29,811 bases of DNA, from assembly GCA_013695855.1 (NCBI GenBank), contig JACCZR010000168.1, positions 1 to 29,811 of the forward strand. The letters are read 5' to 3'. The notes under the pieces were generated by a model that did no database searches, was not told the DNA's origin, and saw nothing but the letters and a program-made list of their open reading frames with translations. Numbering within the stretch: the stretch's first letter is position 1; each line of letters opens with the position of its first letter. Source of the stretch: Thermoleophilaceae bacterium. Its GTDB lineage: Bacteria; Actinomycetota; Thermoleophilia; Solirubrobacterales; Thermoleophilaceae. Shown here piece after piece: positions 25,733-29,811 of this stretch. A program made the position numbers and the translations under genes.

Positions 25733-27643
25733 TCAACTGCGCGCCTCGATCTCCTCACGCGCGCGGGCGGCGAAATCCTCGATGGCCACCGCTCCGGCGT
25801 CGCCTGCGCGGTGGCGCCGCACGGCCACACTCCCGGCGCTCTGCTCCTCGTCGCCTACCACGAGCATGTAGGGCACCTTGCGCAGCTCGGCCTCGCGGAT
25901 CTTCTTCCCCACCGACTCGGTGCGCTCGTCGACCTGCACGCGCAGAACCTCGAGCTGACCGGCGACCTCGCGCGCGTACGCGAGGTGGCGATCGGCGATC
26001 GGCAGTACGACAGCCTGAACCGGCGCCAGCCACAGCGGGAACTCACCCGCGTAGTGCTCGATGAGGATTCCGATGAAGCGCTCGAAGGAGCCCATGAGCG
26101 CCCGGTGGATCATCACCGGGCGGTGCTCGGCGTTGTCGGCGCCCGTGTAGGCGAGCTCGAAGCGCTCGGGCATGTAGTAGTCGAGCTGCACCGTCCCCAG
26201 TTGCCACGAGCGTCCGATCGAGTCGGTCATGTGAAGGTCGATCTTCGGGCCGTAGAAGGCGCCGTCGCCCTCGTTGAGGTCGTAGTCGAGGCCGCGGTTG
26301 CCCAGCGCGGCCTCCAGCACCGCCTCGGCGCGGTCCCACATGTCGTCGGTGCCCACCCGCTTCTCGGGCCGGGTGGAGAGCTCGAGCCGGGGCTGGAAGC
26401 CAAAGAGGTCGTACATGAAGAAGCCGAAGTCCAGGCAGCGGATGATCTCCTGCTCCAGCTGGCCCTCCGTGCAGAACACGTGGGCGTCGTCCTGGGTGAT
26501 GTGGCGCACGCGCAGCAGGCCGTGCAGCGTGCCGCTGGGCTCGTGGCGGTGGACGAGCCCCTGCTCGGCCATACGGATCGGCAGGTCACGGTAGGAGCGC
26601 GCCGTGGACTTGTAGAGCTGCACGTGGGCCGGGCAGTTCATGGGCTTGAGGCCCATGGGTCGCTCCTCCACGTCGGTGAAGTACATGTTGTCGCGGTAGA
26701 CGTGCCAGTGGCCCGACTGCTTCCACAGCTCGGCGTCGTAGAGGATCGGAGTGCGCACCTCGGTGTAGCCGCGCCGCGCGTTCTCGCTGCGCCACAGGTC
26801 GGTGAGCTCGTTCCACAGGTGCGCGCCCGCGGGCTGCCAGAAGGGCGAGCCGGGCGAGAGCTCGGAGAACATGAACAGCCCCAGCTCCCGTCCGAGCTTG
26901 CGGTGGTCGCGGGCGCGGGCCTCCTCGAGTCGCTCCAGGTGGCGCTCGAGATCCTCCTTGGACCCGAATGCCGTGCCGTACACGCGGGTGAGCATGGGCC
27001 TGGTCGAGTCCCCGCGCCAGTAGGCGCCGGCCACCCCGGTGAGCTTGAATGCCTTGATCCGCTTGGTGGAGGGTGCGTGGGGCCCGCGGCAGAGGTCGAG
27101 GAAGGGGCCGTTTCGGTACAGGGAGACCTCGTGCACCCCCTGGTCTGTGATCAGGTCCTCGATCAGCTCGACCTTGTAGTCCTCGCCCTCGCGCGTGAAG
27201 TGGTCGAGCGCGTCGCCGGTGGAGACCTCGCTGCGCTCGAAGGGCTCGTCGGCCTTGATGTGCTCGCGCATCCTGTCCTCGATGCGCGGCAGGTCGTCCT
27301 CGGAGAGCCGAGTGCCCTCGGGGAAGTCGAAGTCGTAGTAGAAGCCGTCCTCGATGGGCGGGCCGATCGAGACCTTGGTCCCCGGCCACAGCTCGGTGAC
27401 GGCCGTGGCCATCACGTGGGCGGCGTCGTGGCGCAGCAGCCAGAGCCCGTCGCCATCGCGGGCGGTGGCGATCTCAATGCGGTCGCCATCGGCCAGCGGG
27501 GCGGCGAGGTCGCGCAGCTCGCCGTTGACCTTGACTCCCAGAGCGGCGCGGGCCAGGCCGGCCCCGACCGCGCTTGCCGCATCCGCGCCACTGGCGCCGT
27601 CGGGGAGCTCGAGGGGAGTGCCGTCGGGAAGGTGGACTGTCAC
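25733..27643 (-). CDS. thrS: Threonine--tRNA ligase
   Basis: TGS domain, RHDAAH, GPPIEDGFYYDF, DLCRGPH, RDHRKLG, KPMNCP, YGPKID, HRALMGSFERF. Confidence 0.98.
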   Translation of the reverse strand: MTVHLPDGTPLELPDGASGADAASAVGAGLARAALGVKVNGELRDLAAPLADGDRIEIATARDGDGLWLLRHDAAHVMATAVTELWPGTKVSIGPPIEDGFYYDFDFPEGTRLSEDDLPRIEDRMREHIKADEPFERSEVSTGDALDHFTREGEDYKVELIEDLITDQGVHEVSLYRNGPFLDLCRGPHAPSTKRIKAFKLTGVAGAYWRGDSTRPMLTRVYGTAFGSKEDLERHLERLEEARARDHRKLGRELGLFMFSELSPGSPFWQPAGAHLWNELTDLWRSENARRGYTEVRTPILYDAELWKQSGHWHVYRDNMYFTDVEERPMGLKPMNCPAHVQLYKSTARSYRDLPIRMAEQGLVHRHEPSGTLHGLLRVRHITQDDAHVFCTEGQLEQEIIRCLDFGFFMYDLFGFQPRLELSTRPEKRVGTDDMWDRAEAVLEAALGNRGLDYDLNEGDGAFYGPKIDLHMTDSIGRSWQLGTVQLDYYMPERFELAYTGADNAEHRPVMIHRALMGSFERFIGILIEHYAGEFPLWLAPVQAVVLPIADRHLAYAREVAGQLEVLRVQVDERTESVGKKIREAELRKVPYMLVVGDEEQSAGSVAVRRHRAGDAGAVAIEDFAARAREEIEARS

Positions 27644-27649
27644 CCGCTC

Positions 27650-27655
27650 AAGGTA
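27650..27655 (-). promoter_or_regulatory. -10 element, leaderless thrS promoter
   Basis: TACCTT, 6 nt, GTG (27643). Leaves no room for a T-box or leader. Confidence 0.7.
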
Positions 27656-27695
27656 GGGGACATCCGGTCCCGGCGCCCCATGGCATGCTCCGCCA

Positions 27696-28778
27696 ATCGA
27701 CGCCGCCGCCCTGCGCTCGGAGTTCCCCGTCCTCGACGAGCTCGCCTACCTCAACGCGGGCACCAATGGCCCGGTCCCCCTGCGCGCCCGGAACGCCGCC
27801 GAGGAGGCGCTGCGGGTGCAGACCGAGCAAGGTCGCGGCGGCTCGGCCTTCTTCGAGGAGATGCTCATCCCCGCCGCGCGCACCCTTCGCGAGCGCATCG
27901 CAGGCCTGCTCGGCTGCGGCGCCTCGGAGGTGGCGCTCACAGGGTCGACCACGGACGGCGTGAACAGCGTGCTCTCCGGCCTCGACCTCGGCCCGCGCGA
28001 CGAGGTGCTCACCAGCGACGAGGAGCACCCCGGCCTACTCGTGCCCCTCGCGCTGGGAGCACGGCGCCGCGGGTTCACCGTGCGCGAGGCGCCCTTCGCC
28101 GAGCTGGCCGCCGCGGTCGGCCCCGACACCACCCTGGTGGCCTGCTCGCACGTCTCCTGGGTCACCGGCCGGCTGGTCGACGCCGAGGCGCTGGCGGCGG
28201 CGGGGGCTCCCGTGCTGCTCGACGGCGCCCAGGGCTTGGGCGCGGTGCACACGGACATCGCCGGGCTGGGCTGCGACTTCTACGCCGCCTCAGGGCAGAA
28301 GTGGCTCTGCGGGCCCAACGGCACAGGCTACCTCTACGTGCGCCCCGAGCGGTTGGCCGACCTCCACCCCGCCTGGCCCGGATACCTCACCCTTGCCGCC
28401 CCCGAGCGCCCGCTGGACCTCGATCTCCGCGAGCAGACCGACCGCCTCGACCTCGGCCTGCTGCCCTACGAGCACAGCGCCTGGGCAGCCGCCTCCCTCG
28501 ACGTGCTGGAGGCGGCGGGCTTCGACGACGTCCTGACGGCCGCCGTCGACCGCGCCGAGGATCTGGCCGTGCGGCTGGCCGAGGCGGGCCGCACGGTGGC
28601 CCCGCGAGGGCGCTCCACGCTGGTCTCCTGGGAGGAGGCCGATCCCGAGGCCACCTCCCGGCGCCTGGTCGAGGCCGGCGTGGTGGTCCGCCACCTCCCC
28701 GGTCGGCCCTACGTGCGGGCGTCGGTGGGGGCGTGGACTGTCGAGGAGGACCTCGAGCGCCTCCTCAGAGCCCTTTGA
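27696..28778 (+). CDS. Class V PLP-dependent enzyme (C-S lyase / isopenicillin N epimerase-like; not a canonical cysteine desulfurase)
   Basis: N-terminus LRSEFPVL...AYLNAGTNGP lies upstream of the ORF-track start at 27816; DEEHP, DGAQ, SGQKWLCGPNGTG (PLP Lys). No C-terminal RxGxHC loop. Confidence 0.85.
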   Translation: MDAAALRSEFPVLDELAYLNAGTNGPVPLRARNAAEEALRVQTEQGRGGSAFFEEMLIPAARTLRERIAGLLGCGASEVALTGSTTDGVNSVLSGLDLGPRDEVLTSDEEHPGLLVPLALGARRRGFTVREAPFAELAAAVGPDTTLVACSHVSWVTGRLVDAEALAAAGAPVLLDGAQGLGAVHTDIAGLGCDFYAASGQKWLCGPNGTGYLYVRPERLADLHPAWPGYLTLAAPERPLDLDLREQTDRLDLGLLPYEHSAWAAASLDVLEAAGFDDVLTAAVDRAEDLAVRLAEAGRTVAPRGRSTLVSWEEADPEATSRRLVEAGVVVRHLPGRPYVRASVGAWTVEEDLERLLRAL

Positions 28779-29385
28779 CCACGACCCCTTCGAGGATGTG
28801 CGTAGCGCGCTCGCAGGCGTCGATCGCATCTTCGAGGCGATCGAAGATGTCCTTCCAGCGGATGATCTGAACCGGGTCGATCCCGCCATCGAACAGCGAG
28901 GCCAGCGCCTCGCGGCTGACCCTGTCGCCCTCGTTCTCCAGGCGGTTGACCTCCACGATGGAGGGCGTCAGGTCGCCGCGGTCGCGCAGCTGCTCCAGGG
29001 CCACCGCCATGTGCGAGCAGGCGTCCTTGAGGATGTCGGTGAGCTGCAGCGCCTGCTCCATCGGCGCCTCGATGCGGTAGAGGACCATGAAGTCGGCCCC
29101 CTCCTCGATCAGGTCGACCACGTCGTCGAGCGATCCGGCCAGCGAGAACATGTCCTCACGATCCAGCGGCGGAGCGGAGGTCGTGTTGAGTCGGTGGATG
29201 ACGTCGTGGGTGATCCGGTCGCCCTCCTGCTCGCACAGGAGGATCTCCCGCGCGAGCTCCCTCGAGTCCGGCCAGCCGCGCATCAGCTCGTCCAGCAGAT
29301 CCGCCGAGCGCAGGATGTTGGCCCCAGCCTCTACGAACAGGTTGAAGAACTCCCGGTCCTGTGAGCGAAGGGGGCCGCGCGGCAC
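28765..29385 (-). CDS. DUF47 (PhoU-like, Pit-accessory) family protein
   Basis: EFFNLF, EQEGDRITH, PLDRED, LDDVVD, LENEGD, IRWKDIFDRLEDAIDACE. Confidence 0.9.
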   Translation of the reverse strand: MPRGPLRSQDREFFNLFVEAGANILRSADLLDELMRGWPDSRELAREILLCEQEGDRITHDVIHRLNTTSAPPLDREDMFSLAGSLDDVVDLIEEGADFMVLYRIEAPMEQALQLTDILKDACSHMAVALEQLRDRGDLTPSIVEVNRLENEGDRVSREALASLFDGGIDPVQIIRWKDIFDRLEDAIDACERATHILEGVVVKGL

Positions 29386-29462
29386 GAAGCGGCGAAGCTA
29401 CCAGTCCGCCGGGAAAAGATCGCGATCCGCCCGGCGAGCAGGTTGTATCCTCGGCCCGCCCG

Positions 29463-29535
29463 GGGCCGTTAGCTCAGTCGGGAGAGCGCCAGCTCGACAA
29501 GCTGGAGGTCGCTGGTTCGAGCCCAGCACGGCCCA
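29463..29535 (+). tRNA. tRNA-Val(GAC), CCA not encoded
   Basis: Acceptor GGGCCGT/ACGGCCC plus discriminator A; D arm GCTC/GAGC; anticodon arm CCAGC-TCGACAA-GCTGG; T arm GCTGG-TTCGAGC-CCAGC. A TATCCT -10 lies at 29446-29451. Confidence 0.97.
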
Positions 29536-29536
29536 T

Positions 29537-29639
29537 CTCCCGGCCTGCGACCTGCGCATACCGGGGTCATCGGCCTTCGCTGTGCGGGTGCACAGCTTCA
29601 GGCCTGCTTCCCCCGGCCTGCTTGGTCGCAGACCGGGAG
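29537..29639. other. ~100-nt rod-like inverted-repeat structure directly 3' of tRNA-Val
   Basis: Nested complementary segments: 29537-29552/29624-29639 (15 of 16), CCGGGG/CCCCGG, GGCCT/AGGCC, and GCTGTGC/GCACAGC around a GGGT loop. Confidence 0.6.
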
Positions 29640-29811
29640 CCCGCGTGGGTTCTTCGGCCGGGCTCGCGGCTTACCGGCGGCGTGCCCTGAAGCTCACGCG
29701 CAGGCCGCCGCGATGGACGCAGCGCACGCGCACCACGCGCCTGCCCCGGGCCCGGCAGCGCCAACGGCCGAAGCGGGCTCGTCGCGAGCGGGCCCTCAGA
29801 AAGTTCCGGGC

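Noticed and set aside
23621-27700. T-box riboswitches upstream of pheS or thrS
   Set aside because: pheS overlaps the upstream gene, and thrS has a -10 six nt before its start; no leader space or T-box motif.
25811-28870. Long antisense or alternate-frame ORFs (1019 aa here; also 6122-7717, 8691-10508, 13274-14722, 16786-18375, 19986-21575)
   Set aside because: They overlap well-supported genes and have R/A/G/P-rich composition. They are expected shadows of high-GC3 coding sequence.
29536-29811. Prophage or integrative element attached at tRNA-Val
   Set aside because: No integrase or duplicated tRNA 3' end is visible in the window; this cannot be excluded beyond the edge.

Overview
A GC-rich (about 70% by eye) bacterial chromosome segment, most likely from Thermoleophilia (Solirubrobacterales-like Actinomycetota); this assignment is an inference from gene content, protein style and promoter architecture. 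The core is a long minus-strand housekeeping run: thrS, infC-rpmI-rplT, a SpoU/TrmH methyltransferase, pheS-pheT and argC-argJ-argB-argD. It continues through an internally deleted glutamate dehydrogenase pseudogene, a heme catalase, argG, a 58-aa membrane micro-protein and dnaE. The left end has a truncated sensor kinase, an ArsR-SRPBCC pair, an HDOD-LuxR one-component regulator with a sigma28-like promoter, gltX, nfo, soxR and a 9-Cys hypothetical protein. The right end has a class V PLP enzyme, a DUF47 protein and tRNA-Val(GAC). I found no CRISPR array, integrase, transposase or prophage. The most notable points are: (1) many leaderless-type promoters, with two genes (argG and the PLP enzyme) whose family-like N-termini appear to need non-canonical CUG/AUC starts; (2) a C33 anticodon loop in tRNA-Val, followed by a ~100-nt rod-like inverted-repeat structure; (3) a 2 x 62-bp hairpin-bearing tandem repeat between gltX and nfo; and (4) several deletion scars (GDH, MerR-type, RTX-like and a surface-protein tail). 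All family calls come from motif recognition; no database searches were run.
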